From NCBI GenBank assembly GCA_976226885.1, contig OZ320314.1:111290001-111354000 (forward strand): a DNA stretch of 64,000 bases, in the 5' to 3' direction. Origin of the DNA: Iphione sp. A-MEVVRFRX5 (Eukaryota). Within the stretch, counting starts at the first letter, position 1, and every line of letters begins with the position of its first letter. Made by a program: the position numbers and the translations under genes. Positions 50,468 through 62,850 of this stretch are shown here, in pieces. The notes beneath the pieces are model-generated. The model ran no database searches and had not been told where the DNA came from. It saw only the letters and a program-made list of their open reading frames with translations.

Positions 50468-53383
50468 CTGTGGAAAGGAAGCATAAAAATGAAAAAAAAT
50501 TACCAAAGTCTTCATTTATATATTCTCAGGACAGGATATCCGAACAGTTTCTTTACTTAAATTTTAGAGTCCTCATCCTGAAAAATGATTGCGCCTGGTT
50601 CTCACCACTTTGTTATGTTAATCGAGTATTCTGATGAGGAACTCTGATAAAATCTAGCACGATTACGGACCTACTTAAAATTGCTGCTTAAATAAGCTTC
50701 ATCCTGTGACACAATTCTTTTGAAAACCTTTATTTTCTCTCATAGAATATACATCGTTAAATAGTTCCATGAGGAGATTATGTCAGTAGAATCCCAGGAG
50801 CATTATCACATTCAAACAAGGTCTGCCATGCAAACCACTGGCATAAATTTACGTTGACCTCGTAGCATCGTCTGGTCTCCTATCAGTTGGAGTGTGCAGG
50901 GTCTCTACTCAAGCTACACAGTTTGTGTTGTTGTAAATTCGGAGCATTCAGTTCTGGTACACGGTTGTAGCTTCTGTGCCCTGAGCATTTTGAATCCTGC
51001 CGTGCAATATCACCGCTTTTATTCCAGATATATCCATACATGGTACATGATTGTACCTTTTGTGTACATGTATTAGCCACTTTCCATTTGGCCACACAGT
51101 TGCTCGTCATTTGACTTATACATCTCCATACACAGAGTGAAATATTCTGTAGCTCCAATTTCTCAGTTCCTGCCATCCAGTTCTAGCTTCTGTACCTTTA
51201 TAACTGTAATTCCGCTACCAAGTTGGAGCTTCTGTAGCCAAGAGATTCAATCCTGCTTTAAAGTTGCAGCATCTGTATGACAGGCCTCATGCCATCCTGT
51301 GGCCTGAAAAAATTGCCCTCAAGCAGTCAGAACATTTAACTCAAATTAACAGAAATTGTAAAAATTGGCTCATTGGAAACTCATATAAACAGAAAGAGAA
51401 TTATAACAATTAACAATAAGTGCCTGATGAGACATATGTCGCAACCGTGTTACAGAGGTAAAAAAAATGGCGAGAAAGCAGTCGCCCTATACAATCAGTT
51501 TCTGTCACTTTACCAACACCATAAACAGATATATAGCAAGGATACATACTGCTTGGCTGGTTACTTGACTCGGTAGCACTGCAAAGAATACAGGCCTAGC
51601 CACGTCCCAACAAAATGCCATCCCTTGGTGTCACAGGGTCCTCTTAGTCTAACAATGCTACTTGGCTAATGACTGCCGTGGAATAAGCGTGGCGTCCTTC
51701 AAAAGCATAGCGGCTTTTTTTTTTACCTCTGCTTATGTGTAGTCTCAATCCAATCCCATGATGGTAGTAGGGTCTAAATTCTGCTTATCCGCCAGCTGCT
51801 ACAATGCAGCTATTTATCTATCCTTCAGAGAGATAGTGTTTCCTGACCCTTCTACATCTCCATGACTACTGCAGCAAAACTGCAGAGGCCCCCCTTTCTT
51901 TCCGTCCACTGTTGCAGCCCAGGCTAACCTTTGATTGTGATTTACACTACACACTTTGATCTTCACTACTTGTAACAGCGTCACATCCTGGCATAGCATT
52001 GACGCTTTTCTCCATAGGAAAGTGCTCAGAGTAGGCTACCTCCACCTTCCGAATCATCTGCCGTCCTTGGTAGAAAAGTGTATCGGCAGGTTCAGGTGAT
52101 ATTTTTGCATTCATTCCTAGATAAATACATAATACAGGCAGAGAAAGCCTAAACTTAATTAACACACAATGATTGCTTGGGAATTGGGAAATAAGGGAAA
52201 TAGTCACATAACTTAGCCGTAAATTGCATCCGAGCCATTTCATATATTTTGAATATTAGGATTTCTTTACAACAGACAAATTATATATTTCTTTTATCAA
52301 AAATACAAGTACTTTATTAGAATATTCTATGAAAGGCTTTAAATCAAGTGTAACATGATCTTCTACCTCATACAGTAAAGATAAGGCAAGGTGTCTGTCA
52401 TATCAGTGAAGGCGGCGAAGCAGACATTATTCAGCAAAGTGTGTCTGACTGCAGAAAGTCTACCACTTATGCAAAATGAAGTAATAATAGGAAAGGATTT
52501 GTGTTGTATGATTGGAGGGGGGAAAAAAAGGGGGATAGGGAGGATTTATTGTTTAGCACAGAACTGGGGGTGGGAAGAGGCCATCGAAGCTTGTTAGTTG
52601 TGAGAGGTTTTATGTGAGCATCCAGGCAAAATGTGTATAACAGTGTAAACCAAAAATTTGAGAAATGGTTTTGGCACCATTTTGCGAAAAATCAGGTAAA
52701 TAAAACATAGATCCTGTGATATACTGACTCTAACCTACTTTATTTAGATTAAAAATTGCCCAAAATAAGCATTCCAACAGAGTTTTCATGAAAACTAACC
52801 GAATATACTTTTTCATGGTTTAATTTTCAGCTCTCCAATTTTTAACCTCTTAAATAGATATTTGACATTTTAACCCAAATGTTTAGGGTATGGCTTTTAT
52901 CGCAATCACAATGGGCACACCGACTTTGGGAAACAAGTGCAGTTTATTAACAAACACATTAGCCATTTCTAGGCATACGAAGATACATATACATCATGTC
53001 CACATGGTAAATTAGCATTTCTAGCCATACAATGATACATATACATCAGCTTTCACATGGTAGATATCATATTGAACCCAAAACAGAACAAACAGTAGTT
53101 GGGCGGGTGGCGGCTAAACTTCGAGCAGCAGGTGTGACAGATTATGCTGGGCCGGCGTAGTTCACCTGCCTTATATGCCACACTGCTGCCACGCCCTCTG
53201 TCGCAATAAGTAGGAACTAGCCAGTTCCTGACCTATCGCAATCACAATGGGCACACCGACTTTGGGAAACAAGTGCAGTTTATTAACAAACACATTAGCC
53301 ATTTCTAGGCATACGAAGATACATATACATCATGTCCACATGGTAAATTAGCATTTCTAGCCAGGCACACCCTAAAGAGCAGT

Positions 53384-54286
53384 CTATGACTGAGCAGCTA
53401 GTTTTAGTAGCTTAGCTGCCTTCTTTGACTCTTCTTCAAGTTTTGTATATACCAGGACCGAGGGAGCACTTGCCCAAGTTCCCTGGGCCATTATTTCACT
53501 TAATGATGCCCCTGCTTTTTGGAGCGCCACAGCCCCCCTCCGTCTGAAACTGTGGAGGGAGAAATTTGAGGGATTATATCCTAGCTGCCTATTGAGGAGA
53601 CGAAAAACATCCGCAACCTGTCTGGAAGTGAGAGGCAGCATGGAGAGGGGGTCACAGAAGAGGGGCAGGGTTGGGGAGAGTCGAGGTACCAATTTAAACA
53701 TATCCCTCATGGCATTATATGGGCATGTTGAAGTATCCGTTTTAGGGAGGAAAATGAACCGATGGTTGTTTTTATGTATGGTTTTTGACCACTTCACATT
53801 GACTCTTATCCTATCGGTCTCAAGGGCCACATCACTCATTATGAGTTGTTTGCTTGGGTCAAAGTGGAACTGAGCTCGGGGGGCGACATTGGACTGTCTA
53901 AGGAGGGAGTAAAATAGGAATGTGTAAACAGACTTCAGGACTATACCCAAACAGCCAAACTGGTCAAGACTTGCTGATAGTTGCTCCAGATGATGGGAAG
54001 TGACCGGGAGCTTTCTCTCTATGACATGATCTGAAGTTTTTGACACTGCCTTAAGGGCAACCTGCACATTATAGTTTTCTACTGGAGTAACCGGGAGATC
54101 CAACCTTCTAAGGGCTGTCTTGGCATGACTGATGTACTGGCTGACTACGCCTGGACTAAGCCCTTGCGAAACCAGAAACTCGATAAATCACTCGACATCA
54201 TCATGGTGGAGGGAATAAATGTCCATGTTGAATGTATAGCAGAAAGCAATAAATGTCTCTATGTGAGCGATCCTGCGTTTGTGCAT
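53384..54286 (-). pseudogene. Ngaro ORF3 tyrosine recombinase, with in-frame TGA at 54188-54190
   Basis: LLRQSN (Arg), KWSKT (Lys), HSFRR (His-x-x-Arg), GTWAS...VY (Trp/Tyr). The frame extends upstream as MHKRRIAHIETFIAFC...VE*FIEFLVSQGLS...YISH (SAM-like N-domain) and overlaps the end of RNase H. Confidence 0.9.
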
Positions 54287-56113
54287 TTGGTCTGTGACGT
54301 CCTGTCGTTGTCATCTGGCCGCACTTTGGCTGAGCTGCTGTTCTCTTTTATGAACCTCTGACTGATTACATAGTGTTTGTGTGTTACCATCATGCGAGAT
54401 AGGGCGTCTGCATACACCATATCGACGCCCGGGACATGTGTGAACTTTACCATGATGCCATGTCTCATGGCCGTATACCAGAAAAACCTGACAATAGCTG
54501 CAAGGTCTGGGTCCCTTGCTTTCAGATTAGACATAGCGCATATTGTGGCCATGTTGTCACACCTCGCCTCAAACATGCTACCTCTGTCGTACGCAGGGGC
54601 AAACATGTGTATGGCCATAGCCAGATTGAGGGCTTCTAACTTGGATATTGACAAACCTTCATATGAATGGTAAGGCATTGAGTAGAAGCATTTTTTGCAG
54701 TATGCTCCGAAACCTTTTGGACATGCGTCCGCATCGATTGTGTCAGTGACTTTCGAGGACAGAAAGGGTGATATACCGTTGTACATAGGCATATATTTTT
54801 TGAACAACAACATATCATCGCATATTCGTTGTGTTCCAGCAGCCTTGTCTTTGCCCTTGCTCATAGCGTCCCTGTATTCAGCTAGCAGCTCGCAGATAAA
54901 CAACCTTGCTGGGGCTGAGCATGTTGCGACAAAGTTAATAAGGCCTACAAACCTTTGTACAGTTTTAACATTGAGACTCTTGTTCTTACATATTTCATGG
55001 GCAGCTTTCTGTGCTTTTTCGATTTTTTGAATAGGAATTGAGAGGGTTTTCTCTGCAACGTTTATCGACACTCCCAACCATATTGCCTCTTGGGAGGGGG
55101 GTGAGCATTTGTGCTCCGCGACCGCGAGGCCTAGATCGTACAACAGTGATTTTGTTGTGGTGTATGCATGCTGGGCATCTTTTTGGGACTGGCCAACTAT
55201 GACATAATCATCAAGGTAAGCCATTAGGACGACGCTATCACATTGTGTCTGAACGTACTGAACTATCTTTTTGGACAACATCTGTATGTAGTATGACGAT
55301 AGCCTGGTGCCAAAGGGTAGCGACACATCGAAATAATAGTTTTGCTGTACCTTGAAGACCAATAGGGGCCAGTCTAGAGGGTCTACCCTGAAGTTGCGGT
55401 AGGCCCTACTTATGTCTATCGTTGCAATATACGATGAACGGGGGAATGATTCGATGGCCATAACCAAATCAAGTGGGGTAGGAAGTGACATTTGGTATTG
55501 CATGTCATATAGGTAATGGTTTGGAATACCGTTGTTGACTTGAGAGGCGCTTAAGTCAATTACTATGCATCGTTTCAAGGTGTTGTTCTTGGGCCTAGTT
55601 AAAATGGGGCGTGAGGCATAACTGTCAAACGGTTTTCGCTGAGAACGGGGGTGAGATTGCATTATGCAACCTCTCCTCATTCACATAGTCGTTGACACAC
55701 TGACTATACATAGTAGCGGATTGATAGTTGTGTATTTCAACGTCTGGGACCGTCAAGGCAACATACCCGAGCTGAAACCCAAACATTATACCATTAATCA
55801 ACAGTTCGTCCGTAGCTGATTCTGCGCCAATGATCTGCTGCCATCTACTGAAATTCAATGAAGACAACAATTGTATCTTACATTCATACGAATTTGGTAG
55901 GCCTGACGATTTGACAGCATTATATATTTTTACAAGGTTTGGGGCGGATTGGTCAACGAATTTGGGCCAATTATAGACCCTTGAATGTATTAGGGAGTAT
56001 ACCGGCACTGGGTTGTAGGAATCGTTTGCTGCAACAAGAGAACACAATGAATCATGCAATTCACTATCGTGATCGTAACCATCATATACTATTGGTCGCT
56101 CTGTTGCTTCCAA
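54259..56113 (-). pseudogene. Ngaro ORF2 reverse transcriptase + RNase H, +1 frameshift in A4 run at 55633-55636
   Basis: DISRAYRNFRVDP.DWPLL, LPFG.R.S, YLDD; RNase H DADAC, LEALN, CDN, ADALSR. The upstream ORF 55625-56113 joins as ISPPFSAKPFDSYASRPILTRPK. Confidence 0.92.
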
Positions 56114-56983
56114 TTGTCTCTCTGTCCGTTTTTTGACTCTTTGTCACCCCGTGTGAGCCTGCGCTTATGGCGACATTGGTCAAGCCTATGGTCAAGAGTC
56201 TTGTTGTAAACATAATAACAGAAAGGGCAGCCATGTAAAAAGGTAACGGAGCCCTCTGTGTGTTGTTCCTTATTATCACATTTTTTATCAAGCCATGTAG
56301 GGCAGATGGTCACGTATTCCTTAGCTTGATTTGTCGCGGCCTTCATGGAGTAGAGATAGGCATTCACTGCCTTGGTCTTGAGTTTCTCGATCTTCACCGT
56401 GTTGGACCAGGAGATTTGGCCCGCATTGATCTTCTCCCACATCTCGGTTACCCATCTGGAGACAGGTTCCCACTGAATAGCCTCTGCTTCTTCCACTGCG
56501 TCCTTCAAGTGTGACAGGATATCTAGTTTATTAGCCTTAGGATACGTAGGGTCCATATACAAGGAGAGGGTCCCTGCCACATATTGGTGGAGAGAAAGCT
56601 TGGCCATTTCGGCCTTTTCTCCCTTCGGCATATGAACATATGTGGCGGGGTTGATTTTTTGCGCCCTCTTGCTGTTGTGGCAGAATGTCAGGGTACATGG
56701 TGGTAAGTAGTTGCTGTATGTGCGTCCCTGCGTTGAGTTTCATCTGCTCGACTGTTGGTATCGGGGAGGTGTCCTCGCTGTCGGAGTTTTCGGCCTCGTC
56801 CTCAACGATCTGCTGCCCTTCTTCGTCTTCTTCTTCCTCCTCCTGGCCCTTTTTCTTGCTCCTCGTGACTATTGTTGTAGTGGGCTTTTTCTTTTGTGTT
56901 GTGTCCTTCTTCTCAAGGTTGGCTAGGCGATTCATGATTTGCTCAAGAATCTTTGTGTGCTCCTGCAGTTGTGCTTCAGCCAT
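56089..56983 (-). pseudogene. Ngaro ORF1 (gag-like) with C-terminal Cys/His zinc-finger, +1 frameshift in A6 run at 56655-56660
   Basis: ORFs 56537-56983 and 56089-56631 join as ...EGAKINPATYVHMPKG... if one A is removed; C-terminal CPTWLDKKC...H.CPFC.....H....C. Confidence 0.75.
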
Positions 56984-58199
56984 GGTATTTCAAATCCAAC
57001 GGTCGGCTCGCCGTTGACGCGCGCGCTGCGCTAAACTTTGAGCAGCAGGTGTGAGAGATTATGCTGGGCCGGCGTAGTTCACCTGCCTTATATGCCACAC
57101 TGCTGCCACGCCCTCTGTCGCAATAAGTAGGAACTAGCCAGTTCCTGACCTATAATGGTGGGTATAGATGGATGAGGCAGAAAGATGCTGGGGTGCAGGC
57201 GGTGAAGTGTTGAGTGGCTGGCAGGTAAAGCCATGTTGGAGGGGTGAGGGGTAAAAAGGTGATTGGGTTGATGTGGGGTGGGATTCGTAGGTATCAAATC
57301 TAAGGACCTAGTGAGGCATTGCAGAAAGTGTGGAGTACTATAGCAACATGACACCATATTTCTCTTCTATGACATTAACACTGTATATAGTAGATAGAGA
57401 ACACCTTCTCCTTCATTTTGCTTTTTGAACTTTTAAAGTTGCACAAGTGGTTGTTGAATTATACAAGGTTTCATGCCACAACAAGGGAAGAATTTGGTGA
57501 AATATTGTCCTATAGGCACAATGCAAAAAACTGACTAAAATGTGGTACTATGATTTTTCTAAATCTTTTCCTTACTTATGAAACTTCATACACAAAGGTT
57601 TTCAGATATGACAAATTCATTGGTAGTATTTAAAAAGTATTTTCATGAACTATATTAAGTTTAGATTACAAAACAAGCAGCCTGATTATGAGCAGAGGGT
57701 ATGTAGAGAGTGGGAGGTAGCTATTTTCACTTAATTTCCCTCATACCTAATTCATATACAACATATACATCAAATTAAACCCAAAAGATCAGGCTTTCTC
57801 ATGGTATAAGGGCCTTTCTGTTATCTAATATTCTCACTCAATGCTAATGAATTAGACCTTTGATGTATTTTTGTAAATGGAAATATATAAGATAGAAACT
57901 TGCCTCAATAGGAATAAGCAAGGTTTCGACTACAAGACTGCCAATTTCAAAAAGATCATTGCATTGGAAATAGTAAGGCTTTTTAGTTAAAGTTACTGTG
58001 TATTCTTCAGTTTGGGACCATGTTTCAGACAGGAAACAGGCTGGCTGTCAATGGTGGGGATTTCCCCACCCCAAAACCACTTAGCACATGTTGCTAAGTA
58101 CTACCTGTGGTCACTTTACTTACAGGACTACTATACAGAGGGGTTAGCCTGAGTTTTCATTCAAGGAAGCTGTGGGTTGCCATCTTTGGATGCCCAACT

Positions 58200-58850
58200 A
58201 TCAGTTTTTTGTTTTAGAGGTTGTATGTGGGGGTTTCATTTTGTGTAGGGGTTGAGTGTAGTGGTGTCATCCCCATCTAAGGTCATGGCATTAATATGTT
58301 GCCTGTGTGCAGAATTAGTGGACCAATTGAATGGCTTGTGAGGGTTTGCAAGCGTGTTGCTGATGTGTATAGTCATTCAGTCGCTTGTAGTCGGGCCACT
58401 GATGGTAATTTTGTGTGTGGTGGTGTAGACGTGTGCCTGCCTGCATGTATATAGTGTTTTTGTTTTGCTGACATACTGCATTGGCTTTGCAGGTGATGTA
58501 GTGGATGAGATTGGAGATCTCCAAGTTCATTTGTTGATGTTCTGTTAGCGGTATGATATTTGATCCTGCCTGTGCAGTTGAATATGATTATATTTTATGG
58601 AGGTCCTGGGGTTTTGCTTTTGGTTTGTCAGTATGGTGATGAAAAGGGCCTTAGGTAGGTATTCCTTTTGTTCTTGCATTTCTTCTTGTTGTTGGTTGAG
58701 GAATATTATATGGGGTCTCTTTAGGGCTTTGGTGAGGGCCCCTGTGAGCAGGTCTTTGGATAGCCTGGGGAAATGAAGTGATGGGCCATGCTGAGTGTAT
58801 GTTGAAGTCCTTCTCTTTGGAGCATATAAAATAGAGTCAGGCACTTAAGC
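58200..58850 (-). mobile_element. Heavily decayed Penelope-like GIY-YIG remnant
   Basis: SKDLLTGA (cf. KDLLVRA), SNLIHYITCK and TRLHHHTQNYH in the expected order; many substitutions and frameshifts. Confidence 0.4.
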
Positions 58851-60681
58851 TGCGCAGTAGTGAATGTGTGCAGTGTTGTGATATTATTCTATCTTGTATA
58901 ATAATATTAATCATGTCCATAAATAATGCAGGAAACGAAGTTCCACTTTGAATGATCTAGTGATATAAGTGACGTCATATCAAATGATGAGCTGTGTGCA
59001 ATCAAGTCATGATTCAGACAATTGATATTGGTACTGGGATCCGGTCCCTAAGAATGGGAAGGGCAGAATGGCTTGGCCTATGTAATCCTGGCCTCAGTCT
59101 TCCCAGGATGGACCCTTCTTATGACGACACACTCGTTCCTCACCCCAGCTTCTCAGCCCTCAGGAAGGCTACATTCACCACCCACAGTTCCTGCTCACTG
59201 CTGTGTCTATAGGGATCTCCACCTGTACTGACAGGTCTTTTGATGTGCCTCACATCTGCCATGACCCATCTACCAGTGTAGATCATATCTTGCTCTTTCC
59301 TAAAGGTGACTCTGCTTTTGTAGTCTCTTCTGAAACTTTATAGGAAGACAGAGGGGGGAATTTGTGTGTGCTGGGATTTCATACATGTATGGTCCTAGGT
59401 AGCCCCAATGTCATTTTGAAGTTTTTGCCTCATCGGCCGAGGCATGTCAGCTGATGACCCCGAAACGGATGCCCCCATCATGGCTCAAGGTAGGGATTCT
59501 GCCTGGATGTCCCCTACAAGTGTACGGCTTAATCACCCTGTGTGCCCCTTAAAAACCTTGTAGAGCCCTGAAATTCTGAATGTATATGGCCCTTGATGAA
59601 TTCTAGGATCCTTTGAAAACACGACTTGATTCACTCAGTTCAAGCTGATCTACCATGCGAAAACTGACAGTCCTATGGCTTGAGGCTTGAGGCAGGTCCG
59701 TCAGAATCTGATCTGGCATCCCATAGGGACAGCGTGGAGCCATGGAATTTGGTATACCTATAGCCCTTTCTAGTAGCTGTTTGAAGTTATGCTTATAGCC
59801 CTGAGTGTCTTCCAGGTAGATACAGGATTATCCCTGATCAATCTAGTGAAGGATGACGAATGGCCCGGAATGACAGCCCTGTCCGGCCACAAGTTCCTGC
59901 TTTTGTGCCCCAAATGGCATAGAAATCTCCTCAAAATTTTGATTCCATCAGAATAGGGTCCACTTATGGCCCGAGGAGTGAGTGCATTTAGGTGCCCTAC
60001 AAGGCAGGTGCTCAGACATAAGCCTGTGGTGGCTTCTTAGCCTGCCAGGTCTAGACTCCTATGATATTATGGGGGGGGGGGGGGGGTGCCGGGAGTGACC
60101 TTCCAAACTGGGTGAACTTTGCGACTGGTGATTTGTTTTTAGGCTTGACACATACCATAGCTTGGAACTGGGAGCATTCTTGTAACACTGATTGTGATAG
60201 AGAATGTGTTGTTAGAAATAATGTTCTCAAAGTACTGTGTAATATAAAGTGTACAGTTATATGATGTTAAGAAAAGCCTTGTACTTCTAAGTGTGCAAAC
60301 AAAATTTTTTGTTCAAAGTACTTGTGTTCTTGGAATCAGCTTGTAGCAAAATCCATTCTTGTAGAAAAGTGTAACGATTTTGTTTTTTGGTGTTAAGTTA
60401 CATGTGAACGAGGTAGCTCTTACTGTCTCTATCTTTCAAGGTACCCTGGATACTTGGTGCTGTGACATCATGACAGTAAAACGTGTGCCAACTATTGTTT
60501 GACTACCTTTAAAGGCAGTCATCATTCACAATGCTGAAAACTCTAGAGGAAAAATTGTTTGTACTGTTTTCTTTGAAATTTACAGAGATTGTACATCTAT
60601 TTCATATCTATAAGTATGCAGAAAGATTTTATTGTAATCCTGTAATTTAAAGGAAAATAAAAATTCATCGTCAAAACTCAC

Positions 60682-60905
60682 CATCATTTTCCTTGATCGT
60701 AACGACCAATTTACTGTGAGACAATGGTACATACACATTTTCATCGTCCGATGAGAGTGTAATGGTGAAAAACTCTTCATTCTCATACCAGTAATCATTT
60801 ACAATGTTGATGTTGATTTGATATACGTCAATGTTCTCCATCAGAAAGATGGGGACATGTTGCGGTGAGTTGAAATCCTCCAGACTGTTGTCAGGTAAAG
60901 AAATC
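60682..60905 (-). CDS. Calx-beta domain, C-terminal exon (ISLPDNSLEDF...INIVNDYWYENEEFFTITLS...VTIKEND)
   Basis: Acceptor ttttttcattaaag, donor gtgagt; DF, I.IVND...E..E.F...L and V.I.END Calx-beta consensus. Confidence 0.85.
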
Positions 60906-62162
60906 CTTTAATGAAAAAAGAGTAAGTTAGAAAATATGGTGACAAATAAAGGATATCACTAAATACTTGGAAAAAGATTGTGAGAAGGCCAGATTAGGTA
61001 TACCTGTGTATCAAATTATCTGGAAAAATGACGGCATCCCACAAGAAAACAAAAATATTTCAACAAAATAATAGCCAAGTTTTTAAAAAGAGTTTTTGAT
61101 AAAGACTGTATGACACCTGAAAGCCTTCTCCAGAGCGACTCCACTTACAGTATTTATAGCCTAACAAGAGATCACATGACTTACAGACTCTGATTTACCC
61201 TCCCTCTGCTAGGGGAATGTAGCAAGTGAGAGTCGCAGTCTGCTAAAATCTGCTGAGAAATCACCTCAGTCAGTTAATGTCATGGAAATGACATTTCAGT
61301 CGGAAAATGCCATGGTCATATTGCTGTAGCATGGTGAGGTTTTGCTGATTTTTTTTTATAAAACTTAAGTCATTTGTTACCCATAGTTTGATCATATACA
61401 TGTATTATGTTTGCATATGCACTTCCAATGAAACCTGCCACCACACTCTGTGAGCAGGAGTGGGAGTGAACAGCATAGCTGCACGAAAAGATGTTGATGT
61501 TGCCATATTCCACATTAAAAAAATCTGCCATATTTGGCAGATACTTGGAACAACTGCATATCAAGAAAACCCACTTCTTATAGGCCTTTGGGAGGATGAA
61601 ACAAGGCTACAGGAATATGTTTATCAAGTTTTGAAAAGTTATCACATGGAAACAGTATCATTTTGGTTCTGCTTGAAACACATTTGGCTTCATACCTTAA
61701 AGTCCGTTAGACTCAATGAAGACTAGAAATGGTAATATTGAATTTGGGGCATTTATGCTAAACAAGGATGGACAAAGTGTCTGAGAAGGAAAGAATAATG
61801 TCTGTGGCTAACACTCATTAATCTATAATTGTCAGGCATAGATCACGATTCACTTGGTGTGCAAAAACCAAGGCCTGGAACAAACAGGCACTTAAGTAAG
61901 AGTGGCATTACTTCATTATCAATAGATCCTTGTTGGTGTTGTAAAATAGTGACAAGATGAGGTGACCTACTAATTGTATGGCAATTGTGATGGCATATAT
62001 GTGTACTACAATTGCAAGTTCTTTCATTATACTTCAAACATATTTCATGCAATATTCCATTTCAAAAGAACTTCAAAACAGAACAAAATGGTATCGTTCA
62101 ACTTATACTTTGCTTTTTGAAATGTTTGAAGAGTTTGAGGTATTTTAGAAGTTCATACTTAC

Positions 62163-62277
62163 ATTACTGATGATCCATTTACAGGAATTTTGGGTGGAAT
62201 GACATGCACAATGACAGTAAATATTCCATCATCTTCACTAACATGCAATACTGCATCCAGGAACTCCAAAGTTGCAA
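62163..62277 (-). CDS. Calx-beta domain, N-terminal exon (ATLEFLDAVLHVSEDDGIFTVIVHVIPPKIPVNGSSV)
   Basis: Acceptor ctattgcag, donor gtaagt; F.....V.E..G...V.V motif; phase 1 to 2, matching the next exon. Confidence 0.78.
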
Positions 62278-62424
62278 CTGCAATAGTAACACTCTTTTGG
62301 TAACGTTGATATAAATATTGGGGTACTTGATTTTGATTGCAAATTATTAGTAATCTTTTCATTAGATAACTATGCATAGATAGTATAAGAATGGTAAAAT
62401 GTTAGCATTCTTGCATATGTATAC

Positions 62425-62850
62425 ATGTGGTGGTAGGAGTGTCAGAAAGGCAGTAGGAGCTATGGAAGAGAGGAAGGGGCTTCAGGATGGTGGTGGGAGC
62501 ACCAGGAAGAAGGTAGGGTCTTTGGGAAGGGTGTAGGGGCTTCGGGGTGGTGTTTGAAGCATCAGGATAGCACTAGGATTTTCAGGAAGAAAGTAGAGGC
62601 ATGCGGGTAGCAGTACGAGTTACAGGAAGGAGGTAGGTACTTCAGGGTGGCAGTAGGAGTGTCAGAACAATTAGCAGAGTCAGGACGGCTGTAGAAATGT
62701 CACAATGGTGGAAGGAGCATCACAATGGCAGTAGGAGCTTTAAAAGAGAGGTAGGGACTTCAGGTTGCACCAGAAACATCAGGGTAGCAGTAGGAGTTTC
62801 AGGAAGAAGGTAGAGGCTTCTTGGTGGTGGTGGGAGCATTTCAACAAACT
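62425..62850. repeat. Degenerate minisatellite, about 20-nt unit (ggtagcagtaggagtttcag / gaagaaggtagaggcttcag)
   Basis: Recurrent gtaggag...tcagg motifs at about 20-nt spacing. Confidence 0.7.

Larger units (their letters stand above)
52898..57153 (-). mobile_element. Full-length Ngaro-type (DIRS order) tyrosine-recombinase retrotransposon with split direct repeats A1-[gag, RT/RH, YR]-B1-A2-B2
   Basis: A1 57030-57153 equals A2 53113-53236 (2 mismatches in 124 nt); B1 53234-53363 equals B2 52898-53027 (identical by eye, 130 nt). Three overlapping ORFs; no target-site duplication, with TAT at both ends and at the B1/A2 junction. Confidence 0.93.

Noticed and set aside
53364-54258. Methyltransferase or SGNH hydrolase accessory ORF of DIRS/Ngaro elements
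   Set aside because: The space is fully occupied by YR, and only 20 bp separate its stop from repeat B1.
59455-59470. Hammerhead core CTGATGAccccGAAAC
   Set aside because: No stem II can form between the two conserved segments.
60424-60459. 36-nt symmetric micro-exon (APSIQGTLKDRD) after Calx-beta
   Set aside because: Phase-compatible with a good donor, but the acceptor is weak and there is no independent support.
62425-62850. Mucin-like (PETPT) stalk exon of the Calx-beta gene
   Set aside because: The repeat unit is about 20 nt, so the frame is not maintained; no long open frame.
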